DNA of 64,000 nt from Azolla caroliniana (taxonomy: Eukaryota; Plantae; Polypodiophyta), in assembly GCA_043228905.1 (NCBI GenBank), contig JBHGNT010000002.1:5456001-5520000 (forward strand). Direction: 5' to 3'. Both the position numbers and the translations under genes were made by a program. The notes under the pieces were generated by a model, which was not told the origin of the DNA, searched no databases, and worked only from the letters and a program-made list of their open reading frames with translations. Of this stretch, positions 1 through 12,246 are shown in pieces (position 1 is the first letter of the stretch; every line of letters starts with the position of its first letter).

Positions 1-678
1 ACTGCTCATGTACTTCTTCTTTTTTATCATAAGCCATTCCGGTTATTTGAAAACTTTAGTATAACATCGTTCTGATGTAATTTCTTTGTTCTCACGAGTA
101 ATTGAAGCCATCTGGCCATAAGTTGGTTTGGTCATTTACATCATATCATCCGAAGTCATAATATTCAGATAAAGCAAGTTCAATTCTTTCCATGGGCTCA
201 GCATTATAGTTATACAATAGTGGTAAGCCAAGTATTTTCATAACCCATACAATCATTTTACAAATCTCACTAATTGCATAAGCTTTTACTAGACGCCCTT
301 GTGAAATGGAAGGGTAAATGCATGACCTTTTTCTTCTTCAAAAAACCTTATAAACAGAGCTACAACTGCGCCATCTCTCTCGTGTACAGATATACATACA
401 CGTAACCTACATATGCACGAACACATACACATTGCAGATAGCAAATCAAACGCCTCCTTAATAAAGAAACATAATCAACAAAAGGATATAATACTATACG
501 ATACCTAGTCCGAGCAGGGCATTGATGACCTCTGACAATCCATAGCGACCGAGGTGGGATGGAACAGAGAAAGGAGTGGTGGCCACACGAAGCTCGGTGG
601 GGAGTTTGGTCACAAAACGGACCTGTATCTGTCTCTCCTCCGCCATGGCTCAAAAACAAAACCCTGTCTGTCTGTCTG

Positions 679-703
679 TCTTCTTCTTCTTCTTCTTCTT
701 CTT
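679..703. repeat. (CTT)n microsatellite
   Basis: About 8 CTT units read directly from the sequence. Confidence 0.9.
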
Positions 704-799
704 CTGCTAACCCCTTCTGTATATATACATACAGATTGCTAAACCTTCTTTATTTCCCCGCTTGCCCCTGAGTTTTCCTTTATTTCCCCGCTTGCCCCT

Positions 800-1110
800 G
801 CCTATACATACGGTTTGCGGGGTTTATCGGTTCGGTTCGAGCCTTTATCGATTTAACCGTTTTTTATTTAAACGGTTTGAACTCATGGTTCAAAGTTCAA
901 ACAGTTTTTGACGGTTTAGGATTGGCATTCCATCATTATCTTAAATATTTTTATCAAAATTTTAAGCCCAATTTTGATATTTTAAGAGAAATCTTTCAAT
1001 TTTTCTAAATAAAAATGTGAAGTTTTGAATTTTGACCTACCTTGAAAACCAAAACCGAATCGCGAAACCATGGTTTTAATTGTTTAACGGTTTGAATGTG
1101 CTCCCCGATG
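800..1110. mobile_element. DNA-transposon (hAT/MITE-like) subterminal remnant
   Basis: Cluster of CGGTT/AACCG motifs (cggttcggttcg, aaaccgaatc, aacggttt) typical of plant hAT subtermini. Preceded by a short direct repeat (cttatttccccgcttgcccctg) at ~748 and ~778. No TSD identified. Confidence 0.4.
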
Positions 1111-1235
1111 AGAGACTTGCCAGTGTGTGTCCGTTGTATTTGTTTCCCTACTAACCAGCTCCGATCTGTTCAACATCTACCTTTTTTGTTCATTAATAGG
1201 ATTTGTTGTTATTTGTCTATGTTTGCGCACGAGTT

Positions 1236-1237
<2 letters not shown>

Positions 1238-1284
<47 letters not shown>
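1238..1284. repeat. (CT)n microsatellite
   Basis: Long TC dinucleotide run. Confidence 0.95.
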
Positions 1285-1288
<4 letters not shown>

Positions 1289-1379
1289 CTTTCTTGGACT
1301 TTGGCATAGTGTCTACTTATGCGCCACATAGTAAGAGGTTGTCATCCCGCCCTCTAGAATCCGCAGTTTACCACCCCGA

Positions 1380-3060
1380 GCCCGTGTGCTCAACAAGCAA
1401 ACGGTCGACGTAGGGATTGCTTCAGCCTGCACATGTCGCCGAAAGCCCGAGAGCTTGCCATCTGTAGGCCGAGAGTTCGAACTAATAACGAAGATCCCTT
1501 TTCGAGGGAGAGTTGGTATCCCCGTGGAGGCATACATTCGGAAGCATCTGGTGGACCGTACTTGCGAGTGGTCACGTCGATTGGTGAATGAGGAACGACC
1601 AGACCAATTGATCAAAAAGGACCAGTCAATTCCGATTTGTCCAATTGAGTCAGACAAGCCGGAATTAGAATCAGACGAGCCGACCGATAGTTGGGGTTCG
1701 TCGAGCTAATAGGTGGGCCGGTTCGGCCTGCAACGAAGCACCCAGCCTCAACTTCTATCATTGACCTCCTTGGTCCAGGACCCCGATGGTCTCGCCCAAG
1801 CATACCTACAAGCTGTATATTTCCGCGACATCTTTGGTGAACCCGACGTGAAAAGGTGGCAAGGGAGTTTTAGGATGAGAGGCAGTGAGCTCGCGGAAGC
1901 AATGACGGTGGCCGTTGACCGCCTAGTGAACGCTCAAGAGAGTGTCGGTGGTCTCCATGGGGCCATAGAATCTATAGTTGGCACATCAGGCCAATTTAAC
2001 GGGTGAGATGTCACCAGTAACCTCGAGGCCCACAAGGCTGAAATGTTGATGAGGGATATCGTGAAGGATAGGCAATTGATTGGATTCACTCGAGTAGTAA
2101 CACATGAGTATCCATGCAAAGGTACTCGAAATTCATGTTGACTGTCATAATTGGTAGGAGTTCGAGGACCAACTCCTCAAAAGGTACGGCCTTGATGACT
2201 TGCTCTAGATGTAGAAGGAGCTTATGGAATAGGTCGAGCTCCCGGGAAAGGAATGAACAGGACGGTGCTCCTTCAGGAGTTCGAGAAGCGCTTCACCCCA
2301 CTATCAACACTAGATAGGACCTTGCTCGACACGAGCAATGTCTTATTGTTCATAAAGGTGGTGGATGTGCGAGACTGAGAGAATGTGGGTCTCTTCTTAG
2401 AGACAGATGATGGGATCACAATCATTGTGCTGTGGTGAAGAGGGTCTCTACCCGATTTGACAAATTACAGGAGTGGAATGAGGACGGGTCGTCATGTGGA
2501 CAGGCTGCCAGTAGCAAAACCATGGAGGTGCTCATTCAGAGTGAAGAAATGAGAAGGTGAGCTGACACAGGCCCGCCAAACCCAGTGAACATTGTTGAAG
2601 GGCCATCCAGAGGGTTGACATTGGAGGAGCTAACAAAAATGGTACGAGACCTTCAAATCACCCAAGCTCGCAGAGACGGTGGGGCCCCTCCTTGCAACCG
2701 GCAACTGTTGTATGTCCAAGAATGAATGTGGCGCGACAACATGTGCCACATATGGAAGGAATGCGCCGACTTTGCAGAGGCACTAAAGAATAATGTAGTG
2801 TACATGTGGAACAACCGGGTGCATGTTAGTGAGTGGTGGAGGCTCCTGGAAATGAACACCGGATGTGGCGGGATGAAGAGGCTAATGGAGGAGGCAAAGG
2901 CACGACATGTCGAGGCCGTCCACTACTCAGCGTCGACCAGAATCCGTGTAGGACGGGAAAAGGGCACCCGAAGGAGAAGAATATTGAATTTTGGCTGATC
3001 ATTCTTGATAGCCTAGCCGGGAAGAAGGACGAAGCAAACTGAGCGAAGCAGCAGTCATGC
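1380..3060 (+). mobile_element. Decayed Ty3/Gypsy-like gag region
   Basis: GC-richer island of broken ORFs (GQFNG*DVTSNLEAHKAEMLMRDI..., EFEKRF..LDRTLLDTS, ECADFAEALKNNVVY...GGMKRLM) resembling Gypsy gag-type proteins recalled from seed-free plants. Many stops and frameshifts. Confidence 0.5.
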
Positions 3061-4737
3061 CATTCCATAGGTAAATTAGAATATATGAGGTAGATTTTGA
3101 TAAAATTATTGATGATCAATGGTTAAACCCATCAATAATAAAAACTCACGAACATAAAAACAAAAGAAGGAAAAACTCATGGAGTTTCAATGATACAAGG
3201 TATCATTTGTTTTCTACTATTGAATGATGATTTATCCCATAGTGTTCTATAGGGAGGGTTTAGATTACTTAGTTTTTTTGTTTTTCATAAAAAACTATCC
3301 TCCATTGGTATTAAAATTAAAATGGGCAATATACAAGATAATCCAATATTACAACAAATAATATTGTATAGCCATGTCGAATGATTGTAGCCAATCTTTC
3401 TTGGTAAAGATAAATAATCTTTCTAGCCAATCTTATTCATGTTCGGCACATCCAAGAACAATGTTCATTCAAGAAGCCCATTATTTCAATTAGATTACTT
3501 AGTTGGGAGTTCATATAGGGAGATTGATACTCCATGCATGCTAGGGTGATTTACCAAACACACTTCCTTTTCAAATTTATAAAATTCCCAAATTCGAATA
3601 TACTAGTTACGTTGATCAATTAATCATATGTGAGAGCTAAGCGGTTGATACTCCTTTTGGGGTGATTTACTACACCAATTTCCATATACTATTGTATAAT
3701 TCCTACTTCCCATCATTTCTATTCTCCATAAGTTGTGTTGATTGTTTACTTATGAGTGCAACCACACATCAAACAAACATGTCAAATTCCAATACTTAAT
3801 CAACTATAGTAAATGAAACTATTGCTTCAATTTTTTGAGCACCCTTAATTGTACATCCCCAACAAAGAATGGCCAATAATTTTCCAATTGAGTTTAAATA
3901 TAACGTGTGGGCAAATAATGCAATCGATTTATGAATATATATATATATATGATAACTTCAAGATTGGGCATTGTTCTATTGTGTGAATCATGATCATTGC
4001 ATCCCCATGGCGATGCCATCCTACTTTACCCATTCATTATGTTTTTAAACACATGGTGTATTATGGTTTTGGTTACCAATTATATGGGTAGAAATGAGCT
4101 AAAGGGTTATGAGATTAAGAACAAGTTGTGAGGTTAAGTTGATGGCTCACCATGAGTTGCTTGGCAAAAGAACAAATCCATATTCATCATATTTCACATG
4201 TCATGCTCATGTAATTGTTCATGGATGATTATAAAGAAAAGCACAAGTTGGTCAGATATTCATAGATCAATGGTTATAACAGTTTTGATAGCATTCTTTA
4301 ATGCTTTGATAAAGTACCGTTTCTCAAAATTTTCCCCTTTAAATAAGGAGCGAGTTATAGTCATCCTATACCATGCCCCAATACAAAGGCTTTCCTCAAC
4401 ATGTGTTCACTCTCTTATAAGAAAGTGAGAGAGAAGACAAATGGGCCTTGAATATATTATAAATTATAATTGAAAAAGGAGAAACAACTAAATGGTCGTG
4501 TCTTCCATATGTTCTGATTGAAAGATGTGAAGGAACATTGATGCAGTGCCATACCATCTTAAAATAATGATGTGGCTCCATCTTCACGTAGCAAACCCTC
4601 AGAGTGAAGCAATGGCTTAACGTGTATATTTATATATAGTACATTGTTGAATATATATCCAAATATTTGTCATCATTGGGCGAATCCCCTCAAAAATTGG
4701 TGGAAACTTTAGTACGAACAACAAGCTCTGGAGAGAA

Positions 4738-7700
4738 TCAAGGTGCAAGAACAAGGACCTTGATGGTTCCTTTACTATTAGCCGCAAGCATGGTTGGACT
4801 TTCACTCTTCCAACAAACTGCACAAATGAAATGAGGCGTGTCTTCATCGCTGTCATCGAAATCCGAGGATCGAAACCTATACCTTGCAGCTGGATTCGAA
4901 ATCGCCTGTGTATTTTGGTTTATACAAGTTTTTTGTTAAAACTGATAGATTGTGATTTGGCCCAGTCATATTTGAGCCATTGCTCTATAAGCCAAATGCT
5001 ATAGTGTTCTGAACTCTCAACCCTCCCTTGATTGGCCATAAATGGCAATCAAACCAAACCCCCTATTACTAGGTGCAAAAGCAAATAACAGAAAATACTC
5101 TCATTTTTATTTTATTTTTATTTTCAATGATTGGGTAAACACCCCATTTTGTTGTAAACCAATTGTCTCATGGGCCAATTTTGGTCTTAGAAGACGTTAA
5201 TATTTCTTTCTTTCTTTCTTTCTTTCTTTCTCAACCCTCCTTTTGGATGTTTACTGACATGCCCCCGATTTAGAAAAATCACCCAAATGCCCCTATTCAG
5301 TTGTGAATGTACTCCTACAAAGAGGTTAAGGGAGCTATTCGGGTACTTTTTGAAAACCCAGAGCATTCTTGTATTTGGTGCTTTCCCCGAAAAACTATTT
5401 ACATATATGCTGCATACCTTGTGATACACACACACTTCATTTGTTTCACTGCCGCTTGCAATATAATCTCCGTTCACCGAAAGCCCAACAAAGTGCTTTT
5501 CATTCCTGTGGCCTTTAAATGTTCGCACCTTTTAAAGAAAATAAAACCAAAGCAAAATAAGTTAAAAACCATAAAATCTCTCCAACACTTAAAATCAATA
5601 CGCCACACTTTTGAGTTGGTTTCTGAAATTAGAAAAACAAAACCATACATGTGTATTCTCTTTCACATCCCAGAGGCAAAGAGTGCTATCAGTAGATGCC
5701 GAAGCAAGCTCTGTTGACGAGAGGAATTTAACATATGAAACCGCTTTCCTGTGTCCGGTAAATACATGCAATGGGGCATGAGTATTCCGCAAATCATAGT
5801 AATGAATACGATGATCAGCTGAGCCAACCTAAATATAACACATATAATTCTTGTAAGAATCAATCGATCAGTCATACAAACCTGTTACTTCTAGGCAATA
5901 CACCCAACTACCACAACAATTACCCAAAAATTAGTCCATGTAATATAAAAATTACTAATACAGTGATATTCTGGTAGTTTATGAAAACATACGAGCATTC
6001 TGATAAATACCCAGAAAGTTAATGAGATATTTTACAGTCTTTCTCCTTTATTATGATGTGCCAAGGATGTAACATACCGCCAAGTAATTACTTGATCTGG
6101 GGTTATACTTGACACAGCATATATTAGCCCTCATATCAATATCAATCACACTTGATTCCTGCCTTGTGCACCAGACTTTTACCTGTATAGCAAATTTCGC
6201 TGGGTCAGAGATGAAACAAAAACATAGTTTCATATGAATTCGATGTTTCTTGACGCACATAACATTTGAGACTTATGGTTTTAAACAGGGTATTCATGTC
6301 TATGGAGGTACATCAGAGCAATACAAAAATAGATGACATTTTTTACACACTACATATGTACACAAGGTGATTAACTTACATCAAGTGAGATGTGTTGACA
6401 ATAAGTTGTCTACAACTTAGGGACATCCCACTTCAAACCGACGTTCTTCACTTTGAGTGCTTCTAAGAACTTTACTGTCTTCTCGACACTGAGAAATGTG
6501 TCTATAACTTAGGGACATCCCACTTCAAACCGACGTTCTTCACTTTGAATGCTTCTAAGAACTTTACTGTCTTCTCGACACTAAGAAATGTGTCTATAAC
6601 TTAGGGACATCCCACTTCAAACCGACGTTCTTCACTTTGAGTGCTTCTAAGAACTTTACTGTCTTCTCGACACTGAGAAATGTGTCTATAACTCAGAGAC
6701 ATCCCACTTCAAACCGACGTTCTTCACTTTGAGTGCTTCTAAGAACTTTAGTGTCTTCTCAACATGAGAAATGTGTCTACAACTTAGGGACATCCCACTT
6801 CAAACCTACATTCTTCACTTGAGTGCTTCTAAGAACTTTAGTGTCTTCTTGACACGTGAACATTTCTCATTGTGTTGTTTTGTGGGTTTTCGCCTTACAT
6901 TGAGGTTCAAAAGAAGTAGGTCTCTTCATGCCCAACGTCCAAACATGACAATACAAGGCATACTAGGAAATGACTCTTTAAAAAGTTAACAATAATGTAA
7001 GTAGGAGCAAGAATATTTCTGAGCTGCTTATTATATGCCACACAACCAAGTGTGAGGGCTTCTTATGGTGTTCCAATCAATTTGAAAACATAAGCCAAGT
7101 TGTATGATACTTCACTATGTTTTACATCAATGATATTCTTCATCTTGCAATTATATTATATCATGTTCCAAATCTCAAACAAGAACTATTTGAGTTTACC
7201 TATAGAATTAGTGATAAAAACCTTGCTTCTCAAAAGTGGCATAACTTTAAAGTTGCTCTTTTGATTTGAGAGGCTAGTTTTGAACATTTTACTAATCCCC
7301 CACATTGAATGCAAGTTTTTTCTTAATTCATCAAAAGAGATTGGGAAGTTTGATAAACATAATTTGGAGCTTTCCACCAGCTACCTTGTTCTATATATTC
7401 GACACGTGATGCATGTTGACAGCCTGCTGTAGCCTGCCAGACTAAGTTTCCACATTGATCATCTACAATATCATGTCTTGAAACAATCTCTGAGACAAGA
7501 CATTGTTAACATTAACCTCCATACAGAAACCTCTAAACCATAGAATGAACCATACGTATCATATGTGCATTCGCATTCGAGAATGATTCAATCAAACGTG
7601 TATGGTAAATCATCTCAAAGTTGGATTGGATTGACTAGGGTCTATATTATATATTGATTCACTCTCAATCCTAATAAGTGGACTCTAATCCATTGTGAAC

Positions 7701-10700
7701 CACTAACATAAGTATGGTTGCAATATTTGCATTGTATCACATGCATACTTTTGGGATGCGAATCAAGACATCTCTATCATCCTCAGTTTCGAACTTTACA
7801 AAAAAATGAGTATGAACTATAGAGATTGAATCAAAATATGTCATTATAAATTATAATCAAACGTTCAAAAACTCATAAAACGTATATTCGAGAATATGAA
7901 GAAAACATGACATAGGCAGTAGTAGCATAACAACTTACCACTCGGGTGTGCTAATTTCTAATAACAAAGAAAGAAAGAAAAAGAAGGAAAAAAAAACATG
8001 ACACTAACATAAAATTTTGCCATGACACTAACAAGAGGATATGAGAAAGTTGGGAATTGAACCCAAGACACAAGTAATAGTACCACAACAACTTACCACT
8101 AGGTTGTGCTTAGTTGTAATAATAAAAAATTAAAAGAAAAAAACTATTATAACACTAACATAAAATTTTGCTATAACATGATACTAATGAAAGAGAGAGA
8201 AGAGAAAATTGGGAATCGAACCCAAGACATAGACAACAATAGCATGACTCCTTACCACTAGGGTGAGCTAAATTGTAATGATAACAAATGGAAAAAAGAA
8301 AAAAAACAGGAGCACATATTTTTCCCATTTCAAACGTGTTCGTTTCCAAACGTTGGAATGCTTGCACGAACACGAATATTACGTTCTATGCTCTAAACAA
8401 TATACTGCTCTCCTGGGTCAGCATTTTGCTTTTCTTGCAAACATGGAAAAAAACCTTTCCCCATTTTCCTTTTTATGCTCAAAGGTAAATGAATGACAAG
8501 ATATATTCATCGGTGTTGCACTAATTTGAAGTTGATTTTGAGGGCATCAGCTAAGATAGACGCAAATGGAGACTTTCCTAATCCATTTTCCTAGGAAATG
8601 TATTCTGTTATTCTCCATCCTCTACTCAAGTTGTTTGTGTATTGGTTAGACACAGGAACCATGACAGTATTTGTAGACACCACTACTCATTTGTGATCCT
8701 ATCAAAAGAAGTGTATCACACACTAGGAAGAGACTTTATTTTCTTGACTTATAAATATGAGTATTGTGGAGCATGCATGAACAAATTTCGGTCTTTCTTT
8801 ATTTAAATTTACATTTGAAGTATGCTTTGTTTATGAATACCTTAGTAAATGCAAGAACATTAGATTTTCATGTGCATTGAAAAAGCCTTTTACGTTCATA
8901 GTTCAGGGTCATTTCTCCTGACATTAAAGAAATGTTGTATCTCACTCATACACGTACATCTCTTGATATGATATGTACATATAGCATATTAAGCTACATA
9001 AGCTAACATACACATAATGATCTGTGAGTGGGAATGTTTTTTAATGACATACATAGGAAGGACAAAGGTTGAAAAAATCCACTCATACCTTGCAATCATC
9101 ACTCCCTGATACCAGCATTGATGGATCTGTTTGTGAAAAGTCCACACTCCAAGCACGTTTCTCATGTTCTTCATATTCCATGATGCTCTGGATTATTCCA
9201 ATAGAAATCAAGATGGCATTCCATAACACGCAAATACTCACAAATCTTCTGTGATCTGGCAAACCACCTGTCGTGTATTTACATCCCACACAGTCACAAT
9301 GCCCTCATAATCACTACTAGCTATTTGATTCTTGATCTGTGCATTCCAGCTCAGACAATTGAGCCTTGATCTTGTTGGCATCTCAACAACTGGAAAATGT
9401 ACATCTGCCGGCACATTTACCACCTGTTCAGAAATGTTGAAGAAATATTCAATGCCCATTACACGATTTGATCCAAATACATGATATGCCACCTACTTAC
9501 ACACCGTAGAGAATTCGAAGATTTTTATACACCTTGAAACACCAGCAGTTGCAAACAGCTTATCATCTCGGTCAAATTCGATGCTGTAATCCACTAAAAG
9601 ATCAGAGTAACGCAGCAAAATGGTGTGATTTTGCATGTACATTGCAAATGTTCCTGTTATGGTTCTAATTTTTAAAAGAATGAAGATTTGAAGTTTTACC
9701 TGGAAACAACATTGGAAGAATGAAATAGATCACCTTGGCGAACTTCTGCTATCACACGTACACGGCTGTAAATATTGCACGTTTTTGAGTCATAAACTAA
9801 GAGTATTCATTGTATCCAGCAGAAAACATGACAAGTGAAAAATAGGCACAAACCTGTAGCGTGTGAAAGCATTTAGAATACTTTGGAAATCTTCAAGTCC
9901 TACATTTCCAATACCTTTGTTACTAATGTATTTATCTTTCTTGTGATTCAAATCTAGTTGTCCTGATTTTTGCTGAGATACTAACTGTCTCCTGTTTAGC
10001 AAGTAGCATTCTTGTAGGTCTTCAAACTGGAACAAAACATCAGAAACTCAGGGAAGCAAACAAAAAGGTCAAAAGATTTTAGACAAGCAAATACTATGAT
10101 GAGTGTATAGAAGGTAGGAGTACTTCTGGGAAGTATAGTTTGCCATTGACAGAGCTGTCTTAGATCTGAATTCTTGAAAGAAGTTAAACAGCATAAAGTT
10201 AAATAGACCATAGAAGTACGTCTACTTGTCCTGTATGATCCAACCATAGAGAAATATTCAAGAACCCAGTCCTACTTGGGAAAAGAATGGATATAAATGC
10301 CCCTTATAATGTTATTGCATAATGCTCACTCTAGCTAGTTACACAAAATATCATCTTTGGTGGTGAGCTTCTTAGTAGGAGTGCACATGTTCAGGTCATT
10401 GAAATGGTTGGCCAAACATGCAATACATTAATGAATTCACAGAATTTATCATTCGAACCAATTTTGAAATTTCATTACAATTAACAAATACATTCCAAGA
10501 TCTGAACTAGAATTGTGGACAGAAGCCTCAGCACTTGAAAATAATAATTAGTTCACACTACTTAGAACATACCTGGGCTAAAACCTTTTTCTTCTTTGTG
10601 ATCGATGTGCCATGCGATGCAATGGGCTCTTCGGATTTGGAAGAAGAATCTACCGATCCAGCACCAAATAGCATATTCCTCTTATGATTGCTCATCAGTG

Positions 10701-12246
10701 GTATTGTTTCTCTGAGCTCTTCTTTACTAGAAGCAGTTCCTGGCTCATTTTTAACTTCAGTTTCATCTCCTCCTCTGTCATGAGCTGCCATAGGATTTGA
10801 TGCATTTAAAATCATGTGTAGCTTTACAGAATATCTTTCCCTAGCTCTTATGAGTTCTTGTCTTTTCTTCTCTATCGTCATAACATCTTCTTTTATCAGC
10901 TGTAGATCAGCTTGCAACTGGAAAAATCAAAACCTGGTGAGAATGGTAAGTATGCCCATTACTTCTAACTTCTGTTACATGCATTGAATTCTATACACTG
11001 TCTACTACAACTTCAGCTAGTACATCTTTAGAACCAGTCTAACCTCATTCAACTCTTCTTGTTTATGTTGGTGAAGCTTCTGCAAGAACTTAAGAAGGAT
11101 TTCCATGTTCAACTCTGCCTCTTCTTGCTCAACTTTTCTTTTCTTCTCAGCCAGAAGAGAGAGCAGAGAATCCAGCTCCTTCACGGAAACATCAGCTCCC
11201 TGCGATGGAGATCATAATGTCATGAATATTATAGCACACTACACCTTATCATCCACATCATCCACACACCCAATAAGGACTAGTGTATCTCAAATGCAAA
11301 CCTCTTGAAGATATAGCTTTAAATGCTCCAAAGGCGATGCACTGATTACAAGTTGGGAAGCTGAAGCCTTCTTCAGAAGCTGCCATTTCAAAATATGAAG
11401 ACTTATTAAAGCAACACACAAAACTTAAAGCAACAAAGTGGAACTAAAGAGGAGATGCATGCTTCTGTTTCACATTAGGGCATTGTTTTTTCATAGGAAC
11501 ATTTTTTTTGTAAGTTAACGCATTTCATAACGTCCTTAGAATGCCCACCACTGTTCTTGAATTACAATGAGAAGCTCTTCACTCTTCAATTCGAATTTAA
11601 AATGGACAGGAAAATCACATGAATTATTTTTTTCCTTTGCATTTACACTGAGGAAGATTATCTTGAGCCAAAATATAGAGAGACAAGATCCCCAATTATA
11701 TAATGTTAATGAAAGAAAGAAGAAAAGAATATGTTAATAAAGAATAAAGAAACCAAATTACATAAATAATTAAGCAGTTATTTCATAAAGTAAGGAATCT
11801 CATCATAGAGCTTGTTAGTTGAGGAATCATATCATATAACTTGTTACAAAAATATATCATATAACTTTTTTTTTCAAATATCATACAACTTGTTGAGCTC
11901 AGGAATCACACCATATTACTCGTGAGTCATTAAGGAAACATCATATAAATTGTTGAGTAAAGGAATCGCATACCTTATTGAGAAGAAAGTTTGGAAAGAC
12001 CTGAGCAGAAGTTAGATAGAGTCCACACCATGGGCAATTCTTCTTATTGTTGAGGTGGGTCATGATGCACATATAGCAGAAGTTATGACCACATGAAGTA
12101 GAAAAAGCATCTTTCATAGTCTGAAAGCAAATGGGACATGTTATATCTTTGTCAAGTTCTTGCTTCAAGTTCGATGGAATCTGTCTCACAGCTGATACTG
12201 AAGGAACATGGATTCCTGCTGAAGTTTCTTCACCAGAAGGATCCAT
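4738..12246 (-). CDS. COP1: E3 ubiquitin ligase COP1 (RING - coiled coil - WD40), 13 coding exons, 662 aa
   Basis: Exons (minus): 12246-11974, 11379-11302, 11199-11044, 10917-10573, 10026-9854, 9765-9700, 9583-9505, 9423-9268, 9187-9089, 6182-6078, 5828-5649, 5528-5418, 4905-4738. All GT-AG with consistent phases, total 1989 nt. C3HC4 [23 protein letters not shown]; WD40 motifs [37 protein letters not shown]; C-terminus [10 protein letters not shown]. Confidence 0.97.
5173..5230 (+). repeat. Dispersed short repeat: GGCCA(A)TTTTGG(C/T)C hairpin + AAGACGTTA + (CTTT)n tail, copy A in COP1 intron 12
   Basis: Same motif at 48021-48067 (reverse complement), 56047-56094 and 56307-56354. Confidence 0.75.
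6407..6856. repeat. Tandem array of ~5 x 92-bp units in COP1 intron 9
   Basis: Anchor g(g/a)gacatccc at 6420, 6512, 6604, 6696 and 6787 (periods 92, 92, 92, 91). Units nearly identical, no unique spacers. Confidence 0.95.
7539..8390. mobile_element. Non-autonomous hAT-type DNA transposon (852 bp) in COP1 intron 9
   Basis: Termini CATAGAATGAA...TTACGTTCTATG form an imperfect TIR. Perfect 8-bp TSD CTCTAAAC at 7531-7538 and 8391-8398. Short TIRs with an 8-bp TSD are characteristic of hAT elements. Confidence 0.85.
7905..8290 (-). repeat. About 3 degenerate ~158-bp tandem units with tRNA-like A/B boxes inside the hAT element
   Basis: Motif cttaccact recurs at ~7934, ~8092 and ~8251. Minus strand of the best unit reads TAGCTCACCCTAGTGGTAAG...CTTGGGTTCGATTCCCAATTTT. 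Confidence 0.7.

Noticed and set aside
6407-6856. Regular array superficially like a CRISPR
   Set aside because: Whole 92-bp units repeat with no unique spacers, there are no cas genes, and it lies in a eukaryotic intron.
8200-8275. Possible functional tRNA gene
   Set aside because: T-arm and boxes are present but there is no convincing acceptor or anticodon stem; reported as a tRNA-like repeat instead.
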